A stretch of 64,000 nt of DNA from Mobula hypostoma (lineage: Eukaryota), in the NCBI RefSeq assembly GCF_963921235.1, contig NC_086108.1, positions 93,684,001 to 93,748,000 of the forward strand, written 5' to 3'. Of this stretch, positions 12,761-26,140 are shown piece after piece (the stretch's first letter is position 1; the number at the start of each line of letters is the position of its first letter). A program made the translations under genes and the position numbers. The notes beneath the pieces were generated by a model. The model was not told where the DNA came from and ran no database searches. It saw only the letters and a program-made list of their open reading frames with translations.

Positions 12761-14298
12761 TGTTTGCCCTCAGTTAGGCACTGGTAGGGAACTGATGCCA
12801 CAAAGCATGCAAGCAATAGTCTAGTGTCATTTCTAATGTTACTGCTACAGATCTATCCCTCCCTGTAACACTGCTAGTTCCTTTCCCCCATTACAAGAAT
12901 TCCCATTTGATGTTGTTGTTTCGACAGGAAGAGAACTATTTCTTCAACGTTTGAAAGGTTAAGTCTGCAAGGTTAGCCAACAGGAAATGTCATTAGGCTC
13001 TCAGCTGCAACACAGCATCTTATCCAAGGCTGCAGTGCAAGGGGTTTTGTATCTCTCAATAACCCTCCAAAGTGTCCCTCGTTCATTAGACTCGCATTCA
13101 TTTTCTATCATCGATTATTCTAGCCTCACGCAGAAATAATTGTGTGTGAAATTAGCATCCAAACTAATACATTCCCTTTCACATGCCAATCTAGTTTTTG
13201 CTGCTTTAACAGATACATGCATTTGTAAAACGCTAGGGATGAATGATTTTGTTAAAATAGCAGGTGTTATTGAATGTCATATCAGCATGTGAATGCCAGT
13301 ATCTCACTCATAGAGTCATACAGTGTAGAAACAGGCCATAAGACCACAAGGCATAGAAGCAGAAATAGGCCATTCAGCCCATTGAGTCTGCTCTGCTATT
13401 CCATCATGGCTGGTCCCAGATCCCACTCAACCCCATACACCTGTCTTCTCGCCATACCCTTTGATGCCCTGACCGATCAGGAAATGTTAACCTGCTCTAA
13501 ACATACCCTCAGACTTGGCCTCCACAATTCATCTCACTGCTTCCACAGCACGGTTCAAGGCTTATATTTCTTAGCTTCACGTAGAATGTAGCCACTGGAT
13601 GTAGATGGAGGGCAAGTGGTCACATCAACCTGCCTCATCACTTAACACGTTTGCAGCTGATCACGACAACTCAAATTCTTCACCCAAAGTCAAAGTCCAA
13701 GTCCCCTCCTCTTGGTCCTTCGTTTTCCCCATGTCTAATAAATTCAACAAGAATAATCTATCTGGATAGCACATAAAACAAAGCTTTTCACTGTATCTGA
13801 ATGCATGTGACAAATAATAAGCCAATTGCGTGGTAGTCATAGAAAAGGACAGCACAGAAACAGGCCCTTCAGCCCATCTAGTCCATGCTGAAACCATATA
13901 AACTGCCTACTCCTATCGACCTGCACCGGGGGCCACAGCCCTCCATATCCCTACCATCAACATACTTATACAAACTTTGCTTAAATGTTGAAATTGAGCT
14001 CACGTGCACCACTTGTACCACCTCAATAACTGAACATCCTCAAGCTGACTGGGCTGGGAATTCCTGACGTTGTGACCTCCCCTTCCTCATTCTGAATTCT
14101 TTCACTTCAAAAAACAGACGCTCAGCATCTTGAGTCTCAATGAAATTATCCCTCACTTTTCTAAATTCCACTGAGTTTAACCGGAGGTTTTTAATTCTAA
14201 GCCACTAATGATAAAGGATTGTGTGCGTTGGAAGGGCGTTGACTGAGTTTTGTAAACTGTAATGCCTTCTTGTACCTCTTGTTGATATCTCTCTCCAG

Positions 14299-14504
14299 GT
14301 GACGTAGACACATTAACAAAGCTCATCCAGCACCATGTCCCTGAGGCCCAGCTGATAGAGAACGTTGGTCAAGAGCTGTACTACCTGCTGCCAAGTAAAG
14401 ACATCAAACATCGTGCTTACGCTAGCCTGTTCCGTGAAATTGAGGAGACACTGCAAGATTTAGGCCTCAGCAGCTTTGGAGTATCAGATACCTCGCTGGA
14501 GGAG
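14299..14504 (+). CDS. ABCA4: ABCA4 exon ~25, 206 nt (regulatory domain 1)
   Basis: ctctccag|GT...GAG|gtaagg; [68 protein letters not shown]. Confidence 0.95.
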
Positions 14505-14678
14505 GTAAGGCTGGTTATTACTTACTCCAGGATGTTTTTGTTACCAGCAACTCAAGTCACAGAATCATGGCATTAACTAGCATAGAAACAGGTCCTTTAG
14601 TCCTTTTGATCTCTGCTGCCCATGTTGCCAACCTGAGCTAGTCCCATTTGCCTGCATCTGGTCCACATCCCTCTAAAC

Positions 14679-14759
14679 CAGAGGTTCCCAACCTTTTTTA
14701 TGCCATGGGGCTCCTACCATTAACAGAGGGATGTGTGGACTCCAGGTGGGAAACCCCTG
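14679..14759. mobile_element. 81-bp hAT (Charlie-type) MITE
   Basis: Terminal inverted repeats (TIRs) CAGAGGTTCCCAACC / GGTGGGAAACCCCTG; 8-bp TSD ctctaaac / ctctaagc. Confidence 0.8.
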
Positions 14760-15161
14760 CTCTAAGCCAAATTATTTGGTAGCTGAATCAAAACAACCTT
14801 TCCAAAGTTGTGTCTGTAGAAAATTGTGAGTAGTCATGAGGTAAGATTCTTGCAGACAAAGCACAAAGGTTTCAGCTCCTAGAACTAGGTGGTTATTAGT
14901 TTAATAGAGGTAGACATTGTCTTTTAAATATACTAATAGGATGCCCACTTAAGCCAGAGATCAGGTGAAGATTTTTCTCTCAGAGGAGCTTTGGTCTTTG
15001 AAGAGAAATGGAAAAAAAAAGTCCTTTATGTTTTTATGACAAATAGATTATCATATGGTGGGCATGTTATGTTGGCGCCGGAATGTGTAACAGGATGTGC
15101 AGGATGTCCCCAGAACATCCTTAGTTTGTGTTGGTTGTCAACGCAAACAATGAATTTCACA

Positions 15162-15735
15162 AACACGAGAAAGTCTGCAGACGCTAGAAATCCAGATGCT
15201 GGGTTGTATGAAGACTGCAATGCACACAAAATGCTGGAGGAACTCAGCAGGCCAGGCAGCAATCTATGGAAAAGAGTACAGTCAACGTTTCGGGCCAAGA
15301 CCTTTCTTCAGGACAGAGAAGGAGGTGGGAAAATGGCAGAGTAAAAAGGTGGGGGGAGGGGAAGGAGGCCAGCTGGAAGGTGAGAGGGTGAAGCCAGGTG
15401 GGTAAGAAAGGTCAAGGACTGGAGAAGAAGGAATCTGATAGGAGAGCAGAGTATACCACAGGAGGAAAGGAAGGAGGAAGGGACCCTAGGGCAAGAAATA
15501 GGCAGGGGAGAAGAAGGAAAAGGTCGGAGTGGGGAACAGAGGAGGGATATTTGTTCACCGGAAAGAGAAATCGATATCTATGCCATCGGGTCGGAGGGTA
15601 CCCCAGACGAAATCTAAGGTAATGCTCCTCCACACTTAGGGTGGCCTCACCTTGGCACAAGAGAAGGCCGTGGATCACCACATCAGGATGGGAATGGGAA
15701 TTAAGATGCTTGGCCATCGGAAAGCCCTGCTTGCA
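15162..15735 (-). mobile_element. Penelope-like element 3' fragment with hammerhead core
   Basis: FPMAKHLNSHSHPDVVIHGLLLCQGEATLSVEEHYLRFRLG (GIY-YIG C-terminus); rc CTGAAGA..GAAACGTT near 15280-15315. Confidence 0.8.
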
Positions 15736-16317
15736 GTGGATGGTGTATTTCACGATGTGCTTGTGATAATTTAACAAATCTGAAGCTGAATCTTTATAAA
15801 CAGGGAAGTGAAAGGTAGATAGTAGTGACAGACTGAGATTATGATAGATTGACCATGATCTTATTAAACTGAGGATCAACTTTGAGGGCATGATTTAGCT
15901 ACTCCTGCCCCTCATTCATATATTTCTATTTACTTATATTTTGGTATCTTTATATGTCTGAGAATATCAAAAATCTATGTTTTTTCAAACCTTCTGGAGG
16001 AACTCAGCAGATTGAGCAGCTTCTGTGGGGTGGGGTGGGGGAAAGGTTGGCGACAGTTCCATTTCCTACTGCAGATGTAGCTCAAGCCACCAGGTTCCTC
16101 CAGCAGATCGTTTGTTGCTCCAGATTCCAGCATCTGCAGTCTCCTGTGTCTTGACAGAGGCAAACAAATTGGATTAAGGAATTCCATGTGGACACTTGTA
16201 GCATTGTTAACGAATGAATTCAGAGACGATGTCTGGAACTGTGCTCACGTGTAAGCTCTACACGACCTTACACCCAATAGCTGAAGCATGTAAGGTTTTA
16301 TTGAGATGGTGGTAATA

Positions 16318-16700
16318 TACATTCAGTGGCAACTTTATTAGCTATACCCGTACACATTGTTAATACAAATATCTAATCAGCCAATCATGTGGCAGCAACT
16401 CAATGCATAAAAGCATGCAAGCATGGTCAAGAGGTTCAGTTGTTGTTCAGACCAAACATCAGAATGGGGAAGAAATGTGATCTAAGTGACTTTGACCATG
16501 AAATAATTGCTGGTGCCAAATGGGGTGGTCTGAGTATCTCAGGAACTGCTGATATCTTAGGTTCTCCATGCGCCCCAGTCTCTAGAGTTTACAAAGAATG
16601 ATGTGAAAAACAAACAAAAAAGAAATCCACTGAGTGGCAGATCTGTGGGCAAAAATATATTGTTAATGAGAGAGGTCAGAGGAGAATGACCAGACTGGTA
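16318..16700 (+). mobile_element. Tc1-like transposon 5' fragment
   Basis: TIR-like cattcagtggcaactttatta; MGKKCDLSDFDHEIIAGAKWGGLSISGTADILG; same family as 39600-40145. Confidence 0.75.
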
Positions 16701-17309
16701 GATTAGGATAATAATCTATGAGACAGGTCAGTATCTGAACAGTGGCCGATATTATATCAGCTGGTGGATAATACCCAGCAGGAATTTATCCCGATTAGAA
16801 AGAGGAATTCCCTGGGAAAGAGGCACACAGAAAGGGGACATGCCCTCATCTCATTACTACCATCAGGGAGAATTGATGCTTTAGGAACAGCTTCTAGTCA
16901 AAGTCAAAGTAACACTCATTATCAGAGTACAAACATGTCACCACACACAGCCCTGAGATTCTTTTTCTGTGGGTATACTTAGCAAATCTATAGAATAGTA
17001 ACTGTAAACAGGATCAATGGACAACAAATAGTGCAAATGCAAATATAAATATATGGCAGTAAATAACGAGCATGAAATAACACTATAACAGAGTCCTTAA
17101 ATGAGTGTAGCTATCCCCTTTTCAAAAGCCTGATGATTGAGGGGTAGTAACTACTCTTGGACCTGGTGGTGCGAGTCCTCAGGCTCTTGTACCTTCTACC
17201 TCACGGCAGCAGTGAGAAAAGAGCATGGCCTGGGTAGTGAGCATCTTTCATTAGATTATGAAGTCACGCAGTGCTCTTTTATTATCATTTAGTAATGCAT
17301 GCATTAAGA

Positions 17310-18288
17310 AATATATATTAATGACTTGGATGAGGGAATTAAATGCAGCATCTTCAAGTTTGCGGATGACACGAAGCTGGGTGGCAGTGTTAGCTGTGAG
17401 GAGGATGCTAAGAGGATGCAGGGTGACTTGGATAGGTTGGGTGAGTGGGCAAATTCATGGCAGATGCAATTTAATGTGGATAAATGTGAAGTTATCCACT
17501 TTGGTGGCAAAAATAGGAAAACAGATTATTATCTGAATGGTGGCCGATTAGGAAAAGGGGAGGTGCAACGAGACCTGGGTGTCATTATACACCAGTCATT
17601 GAAAGTGGGCATGCAGGTACAGCAGGCAGTGAAAAAGGCGAATGGTATGCTGGCATTTATAACAAGAGGATTCGAGTACAGGAGCAGGGAGGTACTACTG
17701 CAGTTGTACAAGGCCTTGGTGAGACCACACCTGGAGTATTGTGTGCAGTTTTGGTCCCCTAATCTGAGGAAAGACATCCTTGCCATAGAGGGAGTACAAA
17801 GAAGGTTCACCAGATTGATTCCTGGGATGGCAGGACTTTCATATGAAGAAAGACTGGATGAACTGGGCTTGTACTCGTTGGAATTTAGAAGATTGAGGGG
17901 GGATCTGATTGAAACGTATAAAATCCTAAAGGGGTTGGACAGGCTAGATGGAGGAAGATTGTTCCCGATGTTGGGGAAGTCCAGAACGGGGAGTCACAGT
18001 TTGAGGATAAAGCGGAAGCCTTTTAGGACTGAGATTAGGAAAAACTTCTTCACACAGAGAGTGGTGAATCTGTGGAATTCTCTGCCACAGGAAACAGTTG
18101 AGGCCAGTTCATTGGCTATATTTAAGAGGGAGTTAGATATGGTCCTTGTGGCTACGGGGATCAGGGGGTATGGAGGGAAGGCTGGTACAGGGTTCTGAGT
18201 TGGATGATCAGCCATGATCATAATAAGTGGTGATGCAGGCTCGAAGGGCCGAATGGCCTACTCCTGCACCTATTTTCTATGTTTCTAT
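17310..18288 (+). mobile_element. Young 5'-truncated CR1 LINE (open 290-aa RT C-terminus)
   Basis: [24 protein letters not shown]; (TTCTATGT) tail; nearly identical to 45515-46501. Confidence 0.95.
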
Positions 18289-18699
18289 TTCCTCCAGTGT
18301 GATATCACAAAACACAGGACAGACCAAGAGTGAAAAAACTGACAGAGCCACATTATTATAACATATAGTTACAACAGTGCAACAATACCATAACTTGATG
18401 AAGAAGTCCATGAGCACAGTAAAAATTTCAAAGTCACTCAAATGTCCCGCATCTCATGCAGACGGGAGAAGGAAGAAAAACTCTCCCTGCCATACCCAAC
18501 CACAATCCGTCACTGAGTCATCCGAAAACTTCGAGCCTCTGAATCAGCTCTCCGCCACCGAGTACCGAGCGCCATCTCTGTCCGAACAATTCAACCTCAA
18601 TCTCGGTCACCAACAGCAGGCAAAGCCGGGGATTTTGAGGCCTTCCCTCCGGAAGATTCCCGACCGCGCAGCAACGACAGCAGCAAACGATGATGATGG

Positions 18700-19025
18700 G
18701 TGTTGATTTTCCATGGCAATGTTTCATGTAGATGTGCTCACTAATAGGGAGGGCTTTACCTGTGACATACTGGGCCGAATCCATTACCTTTTGTAGGATT
18801 TTCCACTCAAAGGCATTGGTGTTCCCATACCAGGCCATAGTGCAGCTTGTCAATACATTTTCCACCACACATCTATAGAAGCCTGCCAAAGTTTTGATGA
18901 CATGCTGAAACTCCGCAGCCTCCTGAGAAAGTAGAGACGCTGTCGTGCTTTCTTCACAATTATATTTATATGATGGGTCCAGGACAAGTCCTCTGAGATA
19001 GTGACACTCAGGAATTTAAAGTTGC
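18700..19025 (-). mobile_element. Rex1/Babar-like LINE fragment. Related pieces at ~26735-27085, 33315-34240, 46845-47370, 49975-50400, 52660-53205
   Basis: FYRCVVENVLTSCTMAWYGN; other copies give KAASIIKDPHQPGHALF and NLSINVSTTKELIIDLRR. Confidence 0.7.
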
Positions 19026-20113
19026 TATCCTTCCACCATCAGATTTATGAATGATCCATGAACATTACCTCACGATGTTTGCTCTCTTTTGCACTGTTTG
19101 TTTAATTCTTTATTAGAATTTCTTTAAACGTAGTATTTTTTGTATTGCAGTGTACTGCCCCAAAACAATAAATTTCAATCCATACATCAGTGATAGTAAA
19201 TTTGATTCTAAGACTGTGGTTAACAAAGGAAGTCAAGGACAATGTTACATTGAAAAATATGGCATACAAAGTGGCAAGGACTGGCGGTAGGCCAGAGGAC
19301 TGTGATCCCACAGCGAAAAGCTAAAGAGCTCATGAAAATGGAGAAAACTGATTTTGAGAGAAAATCAAAACAAACAGTACGAGTTCCCATAGATATGCAA
19401 ATGCAAAGGAGTCAAGGATGGAAAGTTCAAAGTAAATTTATTATCAAAGTATGTAGACCATATACAACTTTGTAATTTAATTTCTTGCAGGGACCCACAG
19501 GAAAATAAAGAAATACAATAGAATCCATGCAAAACCACACCTAACAAAGGCAGACTCCCTAAAAGTGAGTTTATAGGCTATGTAGTCTGTTCAGCAATGA
19601 GAAAGTGAAGTCATCCACACCAGTCCAGAGCCCAATGGTTGTAAGGCAACAACTGCTCCTGAAGCTGGTGATGTGGGACCCAAGTCTCTTGCACCTCCTG
19701 CTTAATGGTAGTAGGGAGAAGAGAGGGAGGTGGTTCGAACACAGGCAGATGGGATGTGCTCAGCTGGAGATTCTTGGCTGGCACGGAGGAGTGGGACTGA
19801 ACAGCAGTTTCTTTTCCACAGTCGGGCCTCAACACTTCAATCTGACTCTCTCTTCTGCCAATGGCCGTACCTACATTCCTGAAAGTCAAATTCGCTGAAT
19901 ACTTCAGGAGACTGTAAACTTGCTAGTTTGCTAGGATGGTTCAGAAGTTCATTTCTTAAAGGGAAATCACAGGCTGCAGATTGCAGCAACCATAGTTCAG
20001 AAGGAAATCAAGTAGAATATCCAGCAGTTTTGTGAACTGCTTACAAAATGTTGCAGTATATCGCCAGCGACATCATGAAGTGTGGACCATTAGATCCGGC
20101 CTATTCAATTAAT

Positions 20114-20505
20114 ATCATCATCATCATTATGAGACATGTCGTCTGATGTGGGCGATCATGGTCTTTGACCATGATTGCTCTTGTCAATTTTTTTCTACAG
20201 AAGTGGTTTGCCATTGCCTTTTCTGGGCAGTGTCTTTAAAAGATGGGTGACCCCAGCCATTATCAGTACTCTTCAGAGAATGTCTGCCTGGCGTCAGTGG
20301 TCGCATATCCAAGACTAGTGATATGCACCAGCTGCTCGTACGACCATTCACCACCTGCTCCCATGGCTTCACATGACCCTGGTTGGGGGGGGGGGGTAGT
20401 CTAAACAGGTGCTACACCTTGCCCAAAGGGGACCTGCAGGCTAGCGGAGGGAAGGAGGGTCTTACATCTCCTTTGGTAGAGACGTATCTCCACCCTGCCG
20501 CCCAG
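20114..20505 (-). mobile_element. ~400-bp SINE-like repeat with (GAT)n tail. Copies at 32055-32695(-) and ~38075-38480(+)
   Basis: Three alignable copies sharing ggtgaccccagccattatca.tac.cttcagaga and a cacggcacat(gat)n-type end. Confidence 0.75.
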
Positions 20506-22003
20506 GTGAATTGATAACAGGAAATAAAACAAGTTAAGTTAACTCATTGCATCGGTCTTCACAGTGGAGGATAGTTGCAAATGTGTTCAGATAACAGTTG
20601 GGCTAATTTTGGAATCAAGTTTATTGTCACTGATATAGGTCATGAAATCTGTTGTTTTGAGACAGGATGAGTGGACAAGGGTGTCATGTAGAGAACAATC
20701 TCCACAGAAAGCGGGGAGGTGGAGACGGAAAGGTGGCTGAATTGTAATGCTACATCTATTTTCTTGTTTTGAACCCATCACTCCTGTGCAAGGAGTTTCC
20801 CAATGATTTAACCACTTTCTGAAAGAGTTTTGACAGCTCAATTTTGAGCTACGGGATTTCCAACCAGTGGCTGTGGGCTTGAATGAGTCATCATTGTGTT
20901 GGACTGAAATTTCAGTGATGATCCACCCACCAGTCTACCATGGCTGCATGAAAGATTTCTTTGTACTTCCTCCTAAGATGCAGTCAACATCTATAACTCT
21001 TCCCTGACTGATCTCAGAACTAAGTGACCAACTTCAGGAGATGAATAACAGTTAATAACATTGCAGCTGCCGTAAATAAGGCAGACTGGTTATGAACAGT
21101 AGATTCCTTCCCTGAACATATCTATGAGCTAGATAGATTTTTAGAGTGATCCATTGTGTTCATGATTGTCATTCCTGATGACAACTTTTTAATTTACATG
21201 TACTTAATTGCCTCACTTTAAGTTCCCTGACTCCAATGGTGAGATTTGAACTTGTACCTTCACATGTAATAATCCCCCTCTCTGAATACTGGCCTAGTAA
21301 CATAGCCACTATGCTACTATACCCCCACAATGGTTTTAGGATTTTTTTAAAATTATAATGGATATTATAGGACATCTACACATGAAATTTGATTCCACAC
21401 CCCATCAGATTTGCTTTCAGCTTTTCTGATTTCCCAACGGGTGTGACTACATCTTCACTTGAGGTTATTGCATATCATGGCTGGGATCATGGCAGCAAGC
21501 GGGTAAACTCCACAAAATTCAATGGCACTGACATCATTTATGTTCCGCTACATGAATCGAGGATAATCAGTTGCCATTGTTGACGTATCAAAGTGTGGAA
21601 ATAAATAATTCATGAACACAGAGAGCTGTGAAATACAATTAATCTACGCAGTATCTCTTTTACTACATCATTTTAGTCATTGGAATTTGGAATTATTGAG
21701 CCTTTGCTCCAAATCATTGCTGCCTGTATTTTGCCTGTTGTCTCTAACATCTTTAGTTCACCTGCCACCCGTACTTCATCTACCTTCTCCAGATGACTTC
21801 CTGCCTGTAGTTCACTTCTCCATGTTCTTAACCTTCTTGTACCTCACCCTCTCCCTTCTTGACCTACTGCCTGCATCATATAGCCAACTCCACCCATTCT
21901 CCATGTCTCACCTGCTGCCGTTCTTTAGATCAATTGCAATTCACCTAACATCTATACCTCACCTGCTGCCAGTAATTCAGTTTAATTATTTTCCAACCTG
22001 CAG

Positions 22004-22043
22004 ATATTCCTGAAGGCTACGGAAGATGCTGCTCTCAAAGCAG
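22004..22043 (+). CDS. ABCA4: ABCA4 exon ~26, 40 nt
   Basis: cctgcag|ATA...GCAG|gtaaat; IFLKATEDAALKA(G), completing the conserved LEE-IFLK motif. Confidence 0.92.
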
Positions 22044-22757
22044 GTAAATAAGCATTTTCAAAAAAATCCTGAAAAATGTGGTTATGGGGTGTAATTTTGG
22101 TGAGCTTTCTGGGAACAAATATATCTGCAACAGTGTGCATTCTTCCAATTCGGAAATTTTAGACCCATTTTTGTTAATCAAAGCTTAGGTAAATAACCTT
22201 GGAAGGATGGAAATTAAGTCTGGTAAATATCAATGTAAGTAGCTGTCATTTATGATGCCAAGCAACCTTTTTGCTACAGAACTGACTAACTTAAACTGTG
22301 AAATTTGACTAGAGCACCAGGGAATGATCTAAATATACCTTTACATGTCCATTTCTTTTAGAAGTTTTGATTGTTTACCCTTTGGACTCCTGTTTTCCCT
22401 GTCTTAATCTATCTTGCTCTCTTTCCTGCCACTTTGTGAGAGTAATTTTAATTTGTCTTCAATTATAATATGTTCTCTGTTTCCTGTTTTTTATTCTTCT
22501 GTTATTTGTTACAACACTGTTATTCACTAAACTCTGAGTGCCTTAGATACATTATTTTGTCACCTCATGGGTCATTTGTAAACTCTTCAATAAAATATTC
22601 TCTAATAAGATGTCTATGTATAATATAATAATCATAAGGTACACCTCGCAAGGAAGGAATATCCAAGAACATAATCCTCACCACGACAAACAAAATTCTC
22701 AAATTACTAAATTCTTATTCTTTTTTCCTTCCCTTTGTTAATCATGGTGCCTGCAAG

Positions 22758-22838
22758 GCTGTGTGAACCCAAAAAAATCAAATGCAGGCGTTGAAGAGGA
22801 GCAGAAAGCAACAGTTGTCAATATTGAAGCGAAGGACG
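22758..22838 (+). CDS. ABCA4: Candidate additional symmetric exon, 81 nt, between exons ~26 and ~27
   Basis: Long pyrimidine tract, ctgcaag|, open phase 1-1 frame (G)CVNPKKSNAGVEEEQKATVVNIEAKD, consensus donor G|gtgagt. Confidence 0.65.
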
Positions 22839-25689
22839 GTGAGTCGAGAGAGCATTCCCCATTTCCCTGTATTCTGCATGGGGACCTAAGGAAGCCAGGG
22901 AGGGGAAATTCACCTTTAGCCCTTGAAGCGAACTGGATGTGAGAGTATCAGGTGTGGGTCGTTCTCCTTCCCAACATTTCCTGCAATGATTTTTATTGGA
23001 ACTGAGCATACAACCTACAATAATACCCATGCATACTTTCAGCATTGGAGTCGGGGGATGAATTACCCTCCTCATATCATAGTTTTGGCCAGACTGTAGA
23101 TGAAGCCTCTGTGATATTAGAACTGACATGGTTGTTAATGCAAAGGACGCATGTCACTGTATGCTTCAGTGTACATGTGATAAATAAATCTGAAAATCTT
23201 GTTCTTGATAGGAATCGTTAACCAGGACCTCACAGAAATTCTATTTTATTGTATGTAATTGTTTTGTTGATCACATAAAGCTAGACAAAAGTCTAATATA
23301 AAGGATAAAGGAAGCACATGGTTAAAATGGGATGATTGTGAGTAACAAGGACGTTTCCAGGACTAAAGAGTGTGAAGTTGGCCAGGCTGGGTCTTTATTT
23401 CTTGGAGTGTAGGAGCACGAGGGGTGATCTTACAGAGATGTTTAAAATTATGAGAGGCACAAATGAGGTGGATGGTAACAGTCTTTTCCCCAGGGTAGGA
23501 AACCTCAAAACTAGGGGACATAGATTTAGGGTGAGATGGGAAAGATAAAAACAGGACCTGGGGCGGGGGGCAACTTTTTCATACACAGGGTGGTGAGCAT
23601 GTGAAATGAGCTGCCAGAGGAAGTGGTTGAACAGGTACATAGGTATCATTTATGAAGCACTTGGACAGGTACGTGGAGGGTTGGGTCTTAGAGGGATATG
23701 GGCCAAATGCCGGAAACTAGGACTAACTGGGCGGGAACTGTGTTCAGCATGGACCCATTGTCCAAAGAGGCCTTATCGAGACTGTGTTGCTCAATGACTC
23801 CATTCAATGTTATTGTTACTAGCAGAAATGAACGTAAAATTAGGGATTTTACACTTCAGTTCTACAGGGTATTGAAACGACCTCCACCTGCACTGCACTT
23901 TCCCTGTAGCTGTAATTGTAGCACTATATCTGGCGCTTTGTAATTGTTTTTCACTTTGTACTAACTTGTACTTGTGTTTTCAAATGATCCATATGGATGG
24001 CACGCAGAACAATGTTTCGAAACATGTGACATTAATAAACTAAACCAATGACCAATTATAAATAGAATGGAGAATATTGAGTTACAATTGTGGGGACGGT
24101 GCAGTGCAGGTTGACAATAAGGCGTAAGGACCATGACAAGGTAGATTGAGAGATCCTTATCATATAAGAAATCCATGCAAGGGTCTTGTAACATACAGTG
24201 CATTTGCGCACAATGACCGATTAGCTCATACGTAACAATAATTTTGGTTCATGTTACCATATAGCTGCATATGTTTGCGAATTTCTATTATCGCAGGTCC
24301 ATTCACATGACGGGATATGTTTCTTCCGCAGAATGTTGCTACCTGACACCTGAGAAGCAACCATACAGACACAGAACAACTTTACTGCCATTTCAGTCAG
24401 TTTTGTGCTTCTCTCAGCTTAATGACTCCTCTCCTCTGTCGTTTCTCTTTCTTAGACCTTCATTTTCACTGTGTAGGCTTATATTGTCATTATAGATCAG
24501 TATTTCACAATTGAACCTTAGATAAGCAGGTGTATTCCTGTTTCAAACAATGGATAACTTTTTTATATCTTTGAAGTTCCAATTACTTACATTACTGATC
24601 TTTCCCTTTGAAGAATTCTTGGCACCACCTTTGATAGAATAAAGGTTGAGAGATGAAAAGTTATTGCAATATTTTTACTTCAACTTTCCTTGGATTGACG
24701 ACAGAAACAGAACAAATTCCTTCACAATTAATCATATAATGTATGTGATTTCCTCTCCACTTCTCTACCTTCCCACAGAAAAGGTTCTTCATACCTATTC
24801 TGCACAAATAGTAATTATCAGACATTTAATTTCATAACTTCATTATTAACACAGAAATTAATCTCTACTTCAAATTATTAGCATTGGTCTCCAAAGTTAA
24901 AAGAAAAGTCAATTTTTAACTCAAAGGATAAAAATTCAATATTGGAATGAATTATTCCCTGGATAACACAGAGCAATACTCAGTGGAAAAAAAAATCATC
25001 AGTTGTACGAATGGATCAGAAATAGTGTAAAATTACAAACATTTAAAAAAACAGATGGTGAACAGAACCAACAGTGTTCATATGTATAAGAGTTGATTAT
25101 TCTTAGATTTTCACTCTGTACGTGAATGTCAAAGTGTGCACATTAAAAATACAAACACAAGCAGGATTAGGCCATCAGTTCTCATGACCTAGCTAGCATT
25201 CTGTTCCGTGAATTTTACATTCCCTTCATCTTCAAAGGCAGTCTTTTGTGATGATGTTAAACTGGTCCCAGTCCAGGTTCGTGGGTTCTGAGTGACTAAT
25301 GAAGCCAGAGCGGTAACCACAGATCCCATCATGGATGGGACCGGAGATACTTGGTGTGGTGGGTGTGCAGTTTGTGAGGTAGTGCAATTCTTTCACCAAA
25401 TATGCAGTCTTCTGTATTCATTTGACCCATGGCCTTGAAATTCTCAATAGCACTCCCAAAACTCTTTCTCTACCTTGAGAGATCATGAGCCAGAGATTCC
25501 CTGGAATCAGGAGGGATGATGCCCTTTCCTGTCCACCTGGTATCTCCTCCAGAAACCAAGTTCAGAACAGAGTGTCTTTATTGGAAGTTTGTGGCTGGGC
25601 ATGGAAAAAAGTAGCTCCATTATACATTGATGTTATCTGGAAGGTTGTATGGGGTGTCGAGGGAGTGGTAGCATCTCTGGTGAAGGGGC

Positions 25690-26140
25690 TTGTTGTGTAA
25701 ATTCTGGGGCAGCTCACTCACCTCTGGTCCCCATCAGACACTCAGCTCTCACCTGTGGCTCACATGTGACAGCAGCTACTACCTGGTACATCTCTTTGAC
25801 AAGCTAAAATAGATGAGGGTAGCTGACGGGCCTCGGTGAGATAGGGACATGCCTGTCCTAGCATGTGAAGTCAGCTCTGGCAGACTGGGGTGATAAGATC
25901 AATGATGAGATCCAATGGCCAAGAAGGCAGTTCTGTAAACGCTTTGCAGAGAGTGAAGGGTATGACAAGGCACAGAAGAAATCATGGTTATCCACTGTAA
26001 CCAAGGGAGACCCCAGTTCTGACGTCTACTGTCGGACTTCCCTGGTCAAGAGAGTGGAACTGCCCCAATGCAATGTCTTTTCACTTTAAAACCTCTCCAA
26101 CACAAGTTTCCTGTCATTGTCGGATATGATGGACAACCGA
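25690..26140 (+). repeat. Unclassified ~450-bp interspersed repeat; diverged inverted copy at ~36870-37370
   Basis: Shared gagagtgaagggyatga.aagg and gtcaagagagtggaactg blocks in opposite orientation. Confidence 0.65.

Noticed and set aside
21720..21975. Recurrent cacctgc(t/c)(g/a)cc motifs upstream of exon 26 and a 133-aa ORF
   Set aside because: Pyrimidine-rich low-complexity sequence with no regular period or protein similarity.
24332..24400. Acceptor-like tttcttccgcag with a short open frame
   Set aside because: The nearest plausible donor gives a phase incompatible with the flanking exons, and there is no ABCA similarity.
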